Translations under genes and position numbers: made by a program | In this document: piece by piece, positions 47,304-56,362 of the stretch | Numbering within the stretch: position 1 is the first letter of the stretch | Layout: the number at the start of each line of letters is the position of its first letter | Notes under the pieces: generated by a model | Seen by the model: only the letters and a program-made list of their open reading frames with translations | The model's database searches: none | What the model was told of the DNA's origin: nothing | Source: Candidatus Cloacimonadota bacterium | Lineage (GTDB): Bacteria > Cloacimonadota > Cloacimonadia > Cloacimonadales > TCS61 | Direction: 5' to 3' | Assembly: GCA_030621085.1 (NCBI GenBank) | Contig: JAUXIJ010000006.1 | Location: 3,499-67,498, forward strand | Length of the DNA: 64,000 nucleotides

Positions 47304-48113
47304 TATATATTCCACAATATTCATGAATATCTTCAACCCATCTCCATCTTCGGAGATATCAGGATTCTGTCTTTTCATTTGTGACCAATTCGGATGGTTA
47401 TATAAACTGAGAAAAGCTTCGGGATGCGGCATTAAACCGAAAACTTTTCCTGTTTCATTCGTAAGTCCGGCACAATTAAGTTCCGAACCATTGGGATTCA
47501 TTGGATACTTGGAAATCTCTTTACCCTCTTTGTCACAATAAGTTAGACAATTAAGCTTTTTTTCAATTATTTTATTTTTAATTCTTTCATTCTTAATTAT
47601 CAACTTCCCTTCCCCGTGTCGAACCGGAAGAAAGATATTATCAATTCCTTTCAAGAAAGGCGATTTGCTGTTTTCACTCACTTTGCAATAAATCCATCTG
47701 TCCTCAAATTTTCCCGAATTATTTCCCGTAAGCGTAACTTCCTGCTCAAAGTCGGAATTCAAATTCGGAAGAAGTCCCATTTTCACCAAGAATTGGAAGC
47801 CATTACAAACACCCAGAATGAATTTTCCTTCATTTAGAAAATCTTGAATATCATCGAAGAACAATTTTCCGGATTTCAGTTTTTTAAACTTCATTTTATT
47901 GGAAAGAACTTTCCCCGAGCCCAGATCATCTCCGAAAGAGAACCCGCCGGGAAAATTGAGAATATCATAATCGTGGATCGAGCATTTTCCCAGAAAGATA
48001 TCATTTAGATGGACTATTTCTGCTTCAGCACCTGCAAGCTTGTAAGCAGCAGCCATTTCCTCTTCACAGTTTATGCCATAACCGGTAATGATTAATGATT
48101 TAACTTTTTTCAT
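47286..48113 (-). CDS. purQ: FGAM synthase glutaminase subunit
   Basis: Has GVCNGFQFL (nucleophile Cys) and MPHPE. Confidence 0.9.
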   Translation of the reverse strand: MKKVKSLIITGYGINCEEEMAAAYKLAGAEAEIVHLNDIFLGKCSIHDYDILNFPGGFSFGDDLGSGKVLSNKMKFKKLKSGKLFFDDIQDFLNEGKFILGVCNGFQFLVKMGLLPNLNSDFEQEVTLTGNNSGKFEDRWIYCKVSENSKSPFLKGIDNIFLPVRHGEGKLIIKNERIKNKIIEKKLNCLTYCDKEGKEISKYPMNPNGSELNCAGLTNETGKVFGLMPHPEAFLSLYNHPNWSQMKRQNPDISEDGDGLKIFMNIVEYITTERT

Positions 48114-51100
48114 TAATCGAATCCTTTATCCCAGGCTTCCTGCAATTTTTCAATTTCCAATTCAATTAATTTTTTCCCACTTTGATTTACAATCAATTTT
48201 TTCGTTGAATTTACTTTACCAAGAAATAGTGAGTTAGAACTCATTAATTTATCAAACATAGTTTGATTTTCAGATTTTATACTAACCACAAAACGCGAAT
48301 GGGATTCGGAGAAGAGAATTGCATTCAAACTCAAATCTCCCAATTCAGAAACATCCAATTCCGCTCCGAATTCTGTTCCGATCGCACTTTCGCAAACAGC
48401 AACCGTCAATCCACCATCAGAAAGATCATGGCAGGATTCTATCAGATTTTGCTCATTTGCTTTCATAACTTTTTCATACAATCGTTTTGCATTTTCCTTT
48501 CTCACTTTGGGAACATTTGCTCCGAGTTTGTCGAATAATCTATAGAATTCGGAAGCACCAAGCTCATCGTAAGTTTCTCCCAGAATGTAAATCAGGTCAC
48601 CATCTGCTTTGAAGTTGCTCGTAATTGTTTTTCTCACATCAGAAAGCTTAGCAACCATCGAATACAGGATCGTAGGCGGAACTGATATCTTAACTTCTCC
48701 TGCTTTAAAGTCATTCTTCATACTATCTTTGCCGGAAGTCATGGAAATATTATAGAAAACGGACATCTCGAAAAGTGCTTTATTCATCTGTACCAGTTTT
48801 GCAAGTTTCTGTTTTCCATCAGGATTTTTTTCGGGATCAAAAGCGGAATCGGGAACGCAGAAATTATCATTCACAGTCCAGAACCTGTTCGATTTGTCAT
48901 TGATATCAGGAAGCTTTCCGCCGACTGAAATAATTTGACGAATCGCTTCATCGAAGGCTCCAGCACTCATTTCATAAGCATCGATATCCCCGAATTTTGG
49001 GCAGATACCATTTGAGATCGCAATTCCTTCGAAGCTGTTAAAATTCAATCTCATCACAGCCGCATCCTGAGGAGATTTTCCGTCTTCCCCCATCAAAGGT
49101 TTGATGATGGTTTTTCCTTTCACTTCATGATCATATTGACGTATTACATTTTCACGAGAACAGATGTTGTTGCTTCCCATTAGTTTTATTAAAATCTCGT
49201 TGTAATCAAGATTAGAAGGAAGTTCCGGTTCTGAGAGTTCAGGTTTTTTCCATTCGGCTTTCATATATTTTTTTGGAACTCCATTATGCAGAAAATCCAT
49301 TTCCAACAGGATAACTTTTTCATTGTCATATCGTACATCGATAAAACCGGTTGAAGTGAATTCCCCAATATCTGAAAGTTCTACTTCACGCTCTTTTGCA
49401 AGCTTAAAAAGAGCTTCTTTTTTGTCTTCTTCCACCACAAAAGTCATTCTTTCCTGCGATTCTGAAACAAAAATTTCCCAAGGTTTCAGGTTCGCATATT
49501 TCAGCGGAACTTTCTCCAGATGTATTTCCGCTCCACCGGTGATCTCGGCAAGTTCTCCGACGGAGGAAGATAAACCGCCTGCTCCATTATCTGTAGAACA
49601 CTTTATCAAACCTTGTTCAACTGCTTCCTGCATAAAATCTGAAAGCAATTTTTGAGTAATGGGACTTCCAATCTGAACGGCTGATTGCGGAGAATGTTCG
49701 TCTATTTCTGCAGAAGAGAATGTTGCTCCGTGAATTCCGTCTTTGCCAACTCTACCTCCTGCCATAATTATCAGATCACCGTCATCGATAGGTTTTTCCC
49801 AGGAATTAACTCCGGCAAATTTGTATGGCATCACTCCGCCTGTTCCGCAATATACCAGCGGCTTGCCACTGTAGCGATCATCAAAAATGATCGAGCCGTT
49901 CACAGTGGGAATCCCCGATTTATTACCTCCGTCTTCAATCCCGTGACGAACTCCTTCAAAAATTCGTTTGGGATGAAGCTGTCCGGGAAGCAGTTCCTTA
50001 CTATAATCCGGAGGTCCGAAGCAGAGAACATTTGTATTGAAAAGCAGTTTCCCACCACCGATTCCCGTTCCAAGCGGATCGCGATTATTTCCCAGAATTC
50101 CGGTAATCGCTCCACCGTAAGGATCTATCGCAGAAGGCGAATTGTGAGTTTCCACTTTCCACACAAATACCGATTCACCATTGATCTTCACTACTCCAGC
50201 ATTATCTGTAAATATCTTCAAGAGCCAGTTATTACCTGCTTTTTCCAGTCTTTCGCGAATGATCTCGGTAGAACTGCGAATATATGTTTTAAAGAGCGAA
50301 TCGATAGTTTCTTCTTCTCCTGTTTCCAGATTTTTATAATGAATGGAAGCTGAAAATTCTTTGTGTTTGCAATGCTCACTCCAGGTTTGTGCTAGGACTT
50401 CCATTTCACAATCCGTAGGATTTACGGTCAGATTATTTTTCTTACGAATCTTTTTAACTTTCTCATCTGAAAAATAAGACTGGATCGCTTTCATCTCTTC
50501 CAAATTCAGAGACAATAATCTATCCTTGGAAATCTTCAACAATTCATCCTCAGTTACATTCAAATCAACTGTTCCAGTTTTGTTATTTTGTTCAATCCGA
50601 ACTTCGGGAATATAATCTATCTTTCCCGTGAATTTTCCATATTCAAAATGATGAATGAGTTTGTTTCCTAAAAGTTTTTCAGCCAAAGTTTTCAGAATAT
50701 CATCAGATAAATGTTTTTCGATCAGATAAATATCATCAGTAAAAATATGTTGTGTGTTCGTATCCAGATCCAAATCCAGAATATCGTTCGAAGTTTTTTG
50801 AGCTGAAACACCTTCATCATCGGTTACTCCGGGAAGTTTGGAGACAAGAATAAACGATTTGTAGAACGAATCGCTGTAAGAAGAATTTATATAAACATCG
50901 TGGATTATTTCATCTTTTAGTCCAAGATTTGCAAACTTCTGAATATCCTTTTTACTCAAATCGTAGGTGATATTGAAGATCTTTCCCGTTTTTACTTTAC
51001 CAGTTTTTAGATTGAGGAAACTTAATGCGCTTCCCTCTATTTTCTCGCCCTGAACATCGATGATTTTATCTTTTAAAATAAGTTGAATTTGATTTTTCAC
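48113..51100 (-). CDS. purSL: FGAM synthase PurL with N-terminal tandem PurS-like domains
   Basis: Probable GTG start at 51100, after GAGGAA. This gives MKNQIQLILKDKIIDVQGEKIEG.., which aligns with the PurS N-terminus. The track ATG 51172 would overlap the upstream gene by 47 nt. PurL core motifs: SHNHP-like ETHNSPS and DNGAGGLSS. Confidence 0.85.
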   Translation of the reverse strand: MKNQIQLILKDKIIDVQGEKIEGSALSFLNLKTGKVKTGKIFNITYDLSKKDIQKFANLGLKDEIIHDVYINSSYSDSFYKSFILVSKLPGVTDDEGVSAQKTSNDILDLDLDTNTQHIFTDDIYLIEKHLSDDILKTLAEKLLGNKLIHHFEYGKFTGKIDYIPEVRIEQNNKTGTVDLNVTEDELLKISKDRLLSLNLEEMKAIQSYFSDEKVKKIRKKNNLTVNPTDCEMEVLAQTWSEHCKHKEFSASIHYKNLETGEEETIDSLFKTYIRSSTEIIRERLEKAGNNWLLKIFTDNAGVVKINGESVFVWKVETHNSPSAIDPYGGAITGILGNNRDPLGTGIGGGKLLFNTNVLCFGPPDYSKELLPGQLHPKRIFEGVRHGIEDGGNKSGIPTVNGSIIFDDRYSGKPLVYCGTGGVMPYKFAGVNSWEKPIDDGDLIIMAGGRVGKDGIHGATFSSAEIDEHSPQSAVQIGSPITQKLLSDFMQEAVEQGLIKCSTDNGAGGLSSSVGELAEITGGAEIHLEKVPLKYANLKPWEIFVSESQERMTFVVEEDKKEALFKLAKEREVELSDIGEFTSTGFIDVRYDNEKVILLEMDFLHNGVPKKYMKAEWKKPELSEPELPSNLDYNEILIKLMGSNNICSRENVIRQYDHEVKGKTIIKPLMGEDGKSPQDAAVMRLNFNSFEGIAISNGICPKFGDIDAYEMSAGAFDEAIRQIISVGGKLPDINDKSNRFWTVNDNFCVPDSAFDPEKNPDGKQKLAKLVQMNKALFEMSVFYNISMTSGKDSMKNDFKAGEVKISVPPTILYSMVAKLSDVRKTITSNFKADGDLIYILGETYDELGASEFYRLFDKLGANVPKVRKENAKRLYEKVMKANEQNLIESCHDLSDGGLTVAVCESAIGTEFGAELDVSELGDLSLNAILFSESHSRFVVSIKSENQTMFDKLMSSNSLFLGKVNSTKKLIVNQSGKKLIELEIEKLQEAWDKGFD

Positions 51101-51125
51101 TAATTTTACATTCCTCAATTTTTTA

Positions 51126-52244
51126 TCATTTATAGAACAATGAATTACAATTATTACCTTTCGCACAACCATTAATGATATCAGTCAAATCAAAAGGATA
51201 TTTAGCAAAAGGATTTTTTTGAATATTGACATTAACAAGTTGATATAGATTAGCTGGATTATAATCAATTAGCATAAATGCACTAACCTCTTCAAGCTTC
51301 CGTTGTTCATTAATAACGTTTTCTTCGTTTCCAGGAAGAGATGCTGCCCTGATTCCGAAAATTATATCTTCGAAATTTTCAATATTGGCTCTAGCAATGC
51401 AATTTGAAACACATACGATTATAAAAGGTTTTTTTTCTTCATTTATCAAGTTTACATATTTATGATATTTCCCTTCTTTTTCATCTAAAATTGCGTTTAT
51501 AGGTCTATAAGAATGCGCTCCACCACGTAACAATTTCCTATTTAGATGAAATGCTCCTATAGGGAGAACTTCCACAATTAAGTTATAGTTTGTAACAAAT
51601 CTGTTTTCATGATTTCTATTCAAATTGATACTTAACCATGAATCGATATCATTAATAATTACATTTACGCTTTTTATTATCCCATCTTTTACTATTTGCT
51701 TAATTTCAAAATTACTCCTATTGAAATCCAAAGTAATATGATACTTTTTTTCAAGCTTCCTTATCCTTTTAGCAAGTAAAAATATAATAGATTGTTCATA
51801 CTTATAATCATCGTATTTATTCAGTGTAAACACTTCAACAATTGCTTTCTGCTCGTTTTTTTCAATCTCCCAATCTGGGTTATTATTTCCTTTTACTTCA
51901 TACTTTGGTTGAAATTTAACGGAATATCCTAAATTTTGTAAAAAATTTCCCACCAACAGCTCGTGAAAAGAGTTTTGCATATTAAAATCATTTGAGAACA
52001 TATATCCATAGAATTCATGTTTTTTTTCAGAACTTAGATTCACTAAACAATCTGATAAGTTTGAAAAAACTGTTCTGAATAAATTAGAATTTGCTAATAA
52101 ATCTAATTTCATGAACCATTTATTAACATCTTCCACTTCTGATGTATTAATTTTTTCTTCACTTAGTATTGGGTAGGCTAATCTAATCTGATCAACAAGT
52201 TCCAACACTTCACTATGGGATTCTATTTTTTTGTACTTACTCAT
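51126..52244 (-). CDS. 372-aa hypothetical protein, weak PD-(D/E)xK-like spacing
   Basis: SFHELLVG (E95), NNPDWEI (D124) and AIVEVFTLNK (E137) are spaced like a restriction-endonuclease fold. The lysine is not in the canonical E-x-K position. Confidence 0.45.
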   Translation of the reverse strand: MSKYKKIESHSEVLELVDQIRLAYPILSEEKINTSEVEDVNKWFMKLDLLANSNLFRTVFSNLSDCLVNLSSEKKHEFYGYMFSNDFNMQNSFHELLVGNFLQNLGYSVKFQPKYEVKGNNNPDWEIEKNEQKAIVEVFTLNKYDDYKYEQSIIFLLAKRIRKLEKKYHITLDFNRSNFEIKQIVKDGIIKSVNVIINDIDSWLSINLNRNHENRFVTNYNLIVEVLPIGAFHLNRKLLRGGAHSYRPINAILDEKEGKYHKYVNLINEEKKPFIIVCVSNCIARANIENFEDIIFGIRAASLPGNEENVINEQRKLEEVSAFMLIDYNPANLYQLVNVNIQKNPFAKYPFDLTDIINGCAKGNNCNSLFYK

Positions 52245-52300
52245 TTATTACCTATTTTTCTCACATTCATATCGATGAACTCATTTCCCATCGAACTTCA

Positions 52301-52705
52301 TCATTGGAAATTCCGTGTTCGACATTGGATATTCATTTTCCTAGGATCATCCGTTTCTTCCATCCTTTCATATCCAACCTTTGCTAACCAAAGTTTAAAA
52401 GGTTCTGCTTTTGGTGACGGAATGGATTGGATTAATCGTAACAGCGTTTCTGTATCTGCGACATCGGTTAATCGCATTCTGCTGTCTTTTGCTCTCATTT
52501 TCAAAGCGTGACAATTTGTCACGGTTTGACTTCCTTCCTTTATTAATCGTTCTTTCAGCTTTCTCCAATATGCTTGTGGATTTACACTTTGGGTTAATAT
52601 TGAAACAACATCAATAATAGAAAAATACCAAAGCTCCTTGTCTTCATCCCAATGTCTTCTGACATATTTCTTTTTGAAAATTGCTATTGATTTATCTTTT
52701 TTCAA
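52301..52705 (-). CDS. Bro-N domain protein (short)
   Basis: FKKKYVRRHWDEDKELWYFSIIDVVSIL and LLRLIQSIPSPKAEPFKLWLAKVGYERMEE match the Bro-N pattern. The likely start is TTG 52705, after GGGAG. The track ATG 52762 lies in repeat-filled spacer. The last 10 codons lie in a 25-bp repeat, so the protein is possibly truncated. Confidence 0.65.
   Translation of the reverse strand: MKKDKSIAIFKKKYVRRHWDEDKELWYFSIIDVVSILTQSVNPQAYWRKLKERLIKEGSQTVTNCHALKMRAKDSRMRLTDVADTETLLRLIQSIPSPKAEPFKLWLAKVGYERMEETDDPRKMNIQCRTRNFQ
52309..52333. repeat. 25-bp direct repeat, copy 1
   Basis: AATTCCGTGTTCGACATTGGATATT, 24/25 identical to the copy at 52833-52857. Confidence 0.75.
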
Positions 52706-52832
52706 TTTTTCTCCCTTTAGCAATAAAAAATTTAACCATAGAGCACACCCCGATACAGTCATTCTTCCTTACGGGGCAGGCAGAGAGCACAGAGTAAATT
52801 TACAATCTTCAATATTAAATAATCAATTTTTG

Positions 52833-52857
52833 AATTCCTTGTTCGACATTGGATATT
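52833..52857. repeat. 25-bp direct repeat, copy 2
   Basis: AATTCCTTGTTCGACATTGGATATT. With copy 1 it brackets the Bro-N gene. Confidence 0.75.
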
Positions 52858-52971
52858 TATACACCCTTGGTGTATTCATTTCACTATCATTTTGATTGTT
52901 CTCGACTCACACTTCGTAGCAAGTCAAGTCCAATCTGTTTGAATCCATAATATCCGTGTCACCTGCGTTCC

Positions 52972-53016
52972 TTATTATAAAGAAAAGCCTTGCAATGATG
53001 CAATCCATTGCAAGGC
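52972..53016 (-). terminator. terminator of the transglutaminase-like gene
   Basis: Perfect 12-bp stem AGCCTTGCAATG / CATTGCAAGGCT (52985-53016) with an 8-nt loop, followed on the minus strand by UUUCUUAUAAUA. Confidence 0.6.
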
Positions 53017-53026
53017 TATTATCATC

Positions 53027-55267
53027 CTATTTCATTAGGATCATTTTCTTAACTGCAGAGTATTTTCCTGTTTGTAATTTGTAGAAATAAACACCTGAAG
53101 AAACAGCATTCTCATTATCATCTTTCCCGTTCCAAACAATATGATGCAAACCTTCGTTTAATTGATCATTTATAAGAGTTTTTACTTTCTGTCCTTTGAT
53201 GTTAAATATCTCAAGAGTAATAAACGGAGACGTTTGTGTTATAGAAAAAGAAATTGTTGTAGTCGGATTGAATGGATTAGGATAATTTCCAATTAGTTTG
53301 TTCGAGACAATAATTATGTCATCATCAGCATATGTTTCATCATATTCATATAAACTCACACTTCCCTCGATATTCTGAGGATTGTTCAAGCTAAAACCGT
53401 TATCGAAGAATGCATACCATGATTCATCCACCGGGATATCGAATTCAATTGTTCCGCTTCCTGCACATATAATCTCATTGAAAGTATCGAATAACTGCTC
53501 ATTTGAATATAAACCGTAATTCGTTACATCTGTCATAAAACAATTAATTATGCCATCATCGATACCATTATAGAAGTTAGTTCCATCCGTATCATCCATA
53601 ATTATGGCACCGCTGATCACCTGCTTTGGAACAGTGAAATCCACAACCAACCTATAATCATCGACATCATCATTTGGAGCAGGTATAGAAGAGTATTGAA
53701 CTTCCGGCATTGTACCTGCAGCATTCATGGAATACGTGTAAGTTTGCCCGCCAACACTATTCGTTACAATTTCATATACCTGGCTTACATTTATTGGATC
53801 ATTTCCAATTTCGGAATCCATCCTGGCATTATACGTTCTTCCTTCTCCAACAATAAAAGTATATTTTCCTTCTTTATCTGTATATCCCCAGTTATCCCAA
53901 TACGGCCAACTCGGTACTTTAAGTGTAATTTTTGCACCATCGATAGGATCCCCATTATTATCTAATGCGTAAATAATAATAGTTGCAATTGAATCCGAAT
54001 AAGTTTCAGTAACCGGTGTAAGATAACCATTACTTTTAATTTCGAATACAGAAGCAAAACTCCATCCCCATCCATTTTCATAAACCAGCGGATTATTTAT
54101 GGAATTATTTACCGGTTCCCAATGTATCCATTCTTCATCCCAGAATTCGTTCCACGTATGATCGCTGGAAATGGCTAAAATACTTGTGCATGGTATAAGA
54201 GCCGCACGCGCAGCTGCTGCAGTTATATCTGCATGTTCTCCGCATCTTCCTATATGTTTTCTATAGATACGAACAGGTTGATGCGGACGTTCGTTGTTCG
54301 ATGTAAAAGTCATTGAAGCATTGATCCAATCGGTTATAATATGTATCGCTGTATCGGTAGTTCCACCGGATTCATCCCAAACAATAGTACAATTAGCCAG
54401 TTCATCTTCCAGAACAGGATATCCTGCATCGGCAATGCATAAGAGGAATTGTCTCCAAAACTTTCCTGTTGGAGGAAGAGCAATATTATTGTTATGTGTA
54501 TTATTATTCTCAATTATGTCGGGATCTATATATGCCGGAATTTCATCGGTTATTTTAGTATGAACCATGTACATATAGTAAATTTCTTTTGGAACCTCAA
54601 CTTCAACTGTATTTCCCAATTCATCTATCTTCCAATATTTAATTGTAGAATAATAGTTTTCATCTGTTGCAGATGAACCATAATCAATAATTTCGACGTA
54701 TCCAAGACTATTATCTGCTTGATATATCAACACTGCATTAAAGAAAAACAAATCGGGATTACAGTATTGCGAGCTGAGTAATTCCGGTGAACAATGCGCT
54801 ACTACATAAGCTACTTCATCAATATAGGGATCGAACGAATTGTTGATAACATCTCCCCAAACCTGCTGTAGATCTGTTGAAAGTTGAAGGAAAGTGTTTT
54901 CCAGGGCTGGTCGAAGCCATTTTGGAGCTTTGTTAAGAGCTTCCAGAGCTTCCGGTTCTAAAGATTCACAACTTGAGAACAGTGATATTTCTTCTACACT
55001 ATTATCATAAAATACGCCAAGATGAATTCCGGGTTGAATGTATGAATTGAAATTCAATGAATCCACCAGAAGCCAGTTTTCCCTTGTTAGGGTAGTGGTT
55101 TTCTGCTGTTGTCTTGTTAATGATGGTGAATAAGTTCGTGCACTTCCGATAACCTCTAATTTACCTGGAGTGAGAATTTTATTTGTAAGACCTCTCACTT
55201 CCTCTGAATTGAGTGCTGTTGCAGTTAGCACAACGATAAGCATGAAAAAAACAAATTGCTTTTTCAT
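53027..55267 (-). CDS. secreted transglutaminase-like protein with T9SS-type C-terminal sorting domain
   Basis: Signal peptide present. GRCGEHADITAAAARAALIPC..SSDHTWNEFW is the Cys-His-Asp transglutaminase core. C-terminal NYPNPFNPTTTISFSI..SGVYFYKLQTGKYSAVKKMILMK. Confidence 0.75.
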   Translation of the reverse strand: MKKQFVFFMLIVVLTATALNSEEVRGLTNKILTPGKLEVIGSARTYSPSLTRQQQKTTTLTRENWLLVDSLNFNSYIQPGIHLGVFYDNSVEEISLFSSCESLEPEALEALNKAPKWLRPALENTFLQLSTDLQQVWGDVINNSFDPYIDEVAYVVAHCSPELLSSQYCNPDLFFFNAVLIYQADNSLGYVEIIDYGSSATDENYYSTIKYWKIDELGNTVEVEVPKEIYYMYMVHTKITDEIPAYIDPDIIENNNTHNNNIALPPTGKFWRQFLLCIADAGYPVLEDELANCTIVWDESGGTTDTAIHIITDWINASMTFTSNNERPHQPVRIYRKHIGRCGEHADITAAAARAALIPCTSILAISSDHTWNEFWDEEWIHWEPVNNSINNPLVYENGWGWSFASVFEIKSNGYLTPVTETYSDSIATIIIYALDNNGDPIDGAKITLKVPSWPYWDNWGYTDKEGKYTFIVGEGRTYNARMDSEIGNDPINVSQVYEIVTNSVGGQTYTYSMNAAGTMPEVQYSSIPAPNDDVDDYRLVVDFTVPKQVISGAIIMDDTDGTNFYNGIDDGIINCFMTDVTNYGLYSNEQLFDTFNEIICAGSGTIEFDIPVDESWYAFFDNGFSLNNPQNIEGSVSLYEYDETYADDDIIIVSNKLIGNYPNPFNPTTTISFSITQTSPFITLEIFNIKGQKVKTLINDQLNEGLHHIVWNGKDDNENAVSSGVYFYKLQTGKYSAVKKMILMK

Positions 55268-55282
55268 AATTTCCTCCTTTTT

Positions 55283-56353
55283 TTAATCATTATAAATAAT
55301 AGTTTTTTGATTTAGTCCTTTTGAATTCAAGATAATTTTATTTTCTTCGATAATTTCTCCCACAACCTGTGCTTCGATAGATAACAGATCAAGAGTTTTT
55401 TCTACATCCTCGGGAGCTGTAACCAACATCATACCATTACCCATGTTCCATGTTTTATATGCTTCTTCCTCGGTTACTTCACCCATTTCCTGAATCTCCT
55501 TCACTATATCGGAAGGCTCAAACAAGTTGTCAAAACGTGCTCCTAATTCTGTCTGCTTTAAAATCCTTTTAAAATTTCCGGGAATTCCTCCACCGGTAAT
55601 GTGTGCTATCCCCTTGATATCAACTTCTCTTTTCATACCGAACCTGCCCAGGATTTCCAATAAAGCTCCCGAATATATCCTGGAAGGTTCTAAAAGGAGT
55701 TCTCCCCAACTCTTCCCAAATGGTGAAGGTTGGGAATATCCTTTGAAACTAAATTTTTGCTCTATAATATATCGAACTAGTGAAAATCCGTTGGAACGAA
55801 AACCGTTTTCTTTCAAAGCAATAATTTTATCTCCGGGTTTAATATGTTCTCCTGTTATTACTTTCTCTTTTTCTAAAACTCCTACAGCAGTGGCATTCCA
55901 AACGTTGCCATTTACAGTTTTACCCACTTCCGCAATCTCACCGCCGGGAATTACTACTTTTTGCTCGTTACAAGCTTTTGCTAATCCTTTCATCAGATCA
56001 CCAATAATAACCGCATCCACTTTGTTAGTATCCAGAGTATTGGTCACAGAAATCGTTTCGGCTCCCAGGCAAACCACATCATCTGCCACCATAGACAGCA
56101 GATCATAACCGAGAGTATCGAATTTTCCGATTCTTTCTGCGATCTCCATCTTTGTTCCTACACCGTCATCACTTTGAACGATATAGAAATCACCCATATT
56201 AATAAGTCCGGCAAAAGATCCTTCATCAATCACTGGTTCGCCTATCATTCCTTTGCGGGAAGAGAATGTAGATTTTGCATAATTGTATGCAATTTTAGAT
56301 GCATTATCTCCAGCTTGAATATCTACACCCGCCTTTTTATAGTCTACCATCAA
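55283..56353 (-). CDS. purM: phosphoribosylformylglycinamidine cyclo-ligase (AIR synthase)
   Basis: Has DYKKAGVDIQAGD and SDDGVGTK, plus a PurM-type C-terminal domain. Confidence 0.9.
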   Translation of the reverse strand: MMVDYKKAGVDIQAGDNASKIAYNYAKSTFSSRKGMIGEPVIDEGSFAGLINMGDFYIVQSDDGVGTKMEIAERIGKFDTLGYDLLSMVADDVVCLGAETISVTNTLDTNKVDAVIIGDLMKGLAKACNEQKVVIPGGEIAEVGKTVNGNVWNATAVGVLEKEKVITGEHIKPGDKIIALKENGFRSNGFSLVRYIIEQKFSFKGYSQPSPFGKSWGELLLEPSRIYSGALLEILGRFGMKREVDIKGIAHITGGGIPGNFKRILKQTELGARFDNLFEPSDIVKEIQEMGEVTEEEAYKTWNMGNGMMLVTAPEDVEKTLDLLSIEAQVVGEIIEENKIILNSKGLNQKTIIYND

Positions 56354-56362
56354 TGCTTCTCA

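Noticed and set aside
8678-51172. Longer N-termini given in the ORF track for GT2 (8678), purN (37518), purS-purL (51172), fusA (32365), lipoprotein (30842) and Bro-N (52762)
   Set aside because: The extensions overlap upstream genes or repeat-filled spacers and lack family-consistent sequence. Internal starts with Shine-Dalgarno motifs fit the known N-termini better. Exact starts remain unverified.
13770-56108. Long antisense ORFs in the track (e.g. 13770-14324, 27836-28423, 49685-50353, 55527-56108, 30980-31390)
   Set aside because: Each lies opposite a gene with strong family motifs (porin, tdh, purL, purM, rho) and has a low-complexity translation. They are shadow ORFs of an AT-rich genome.
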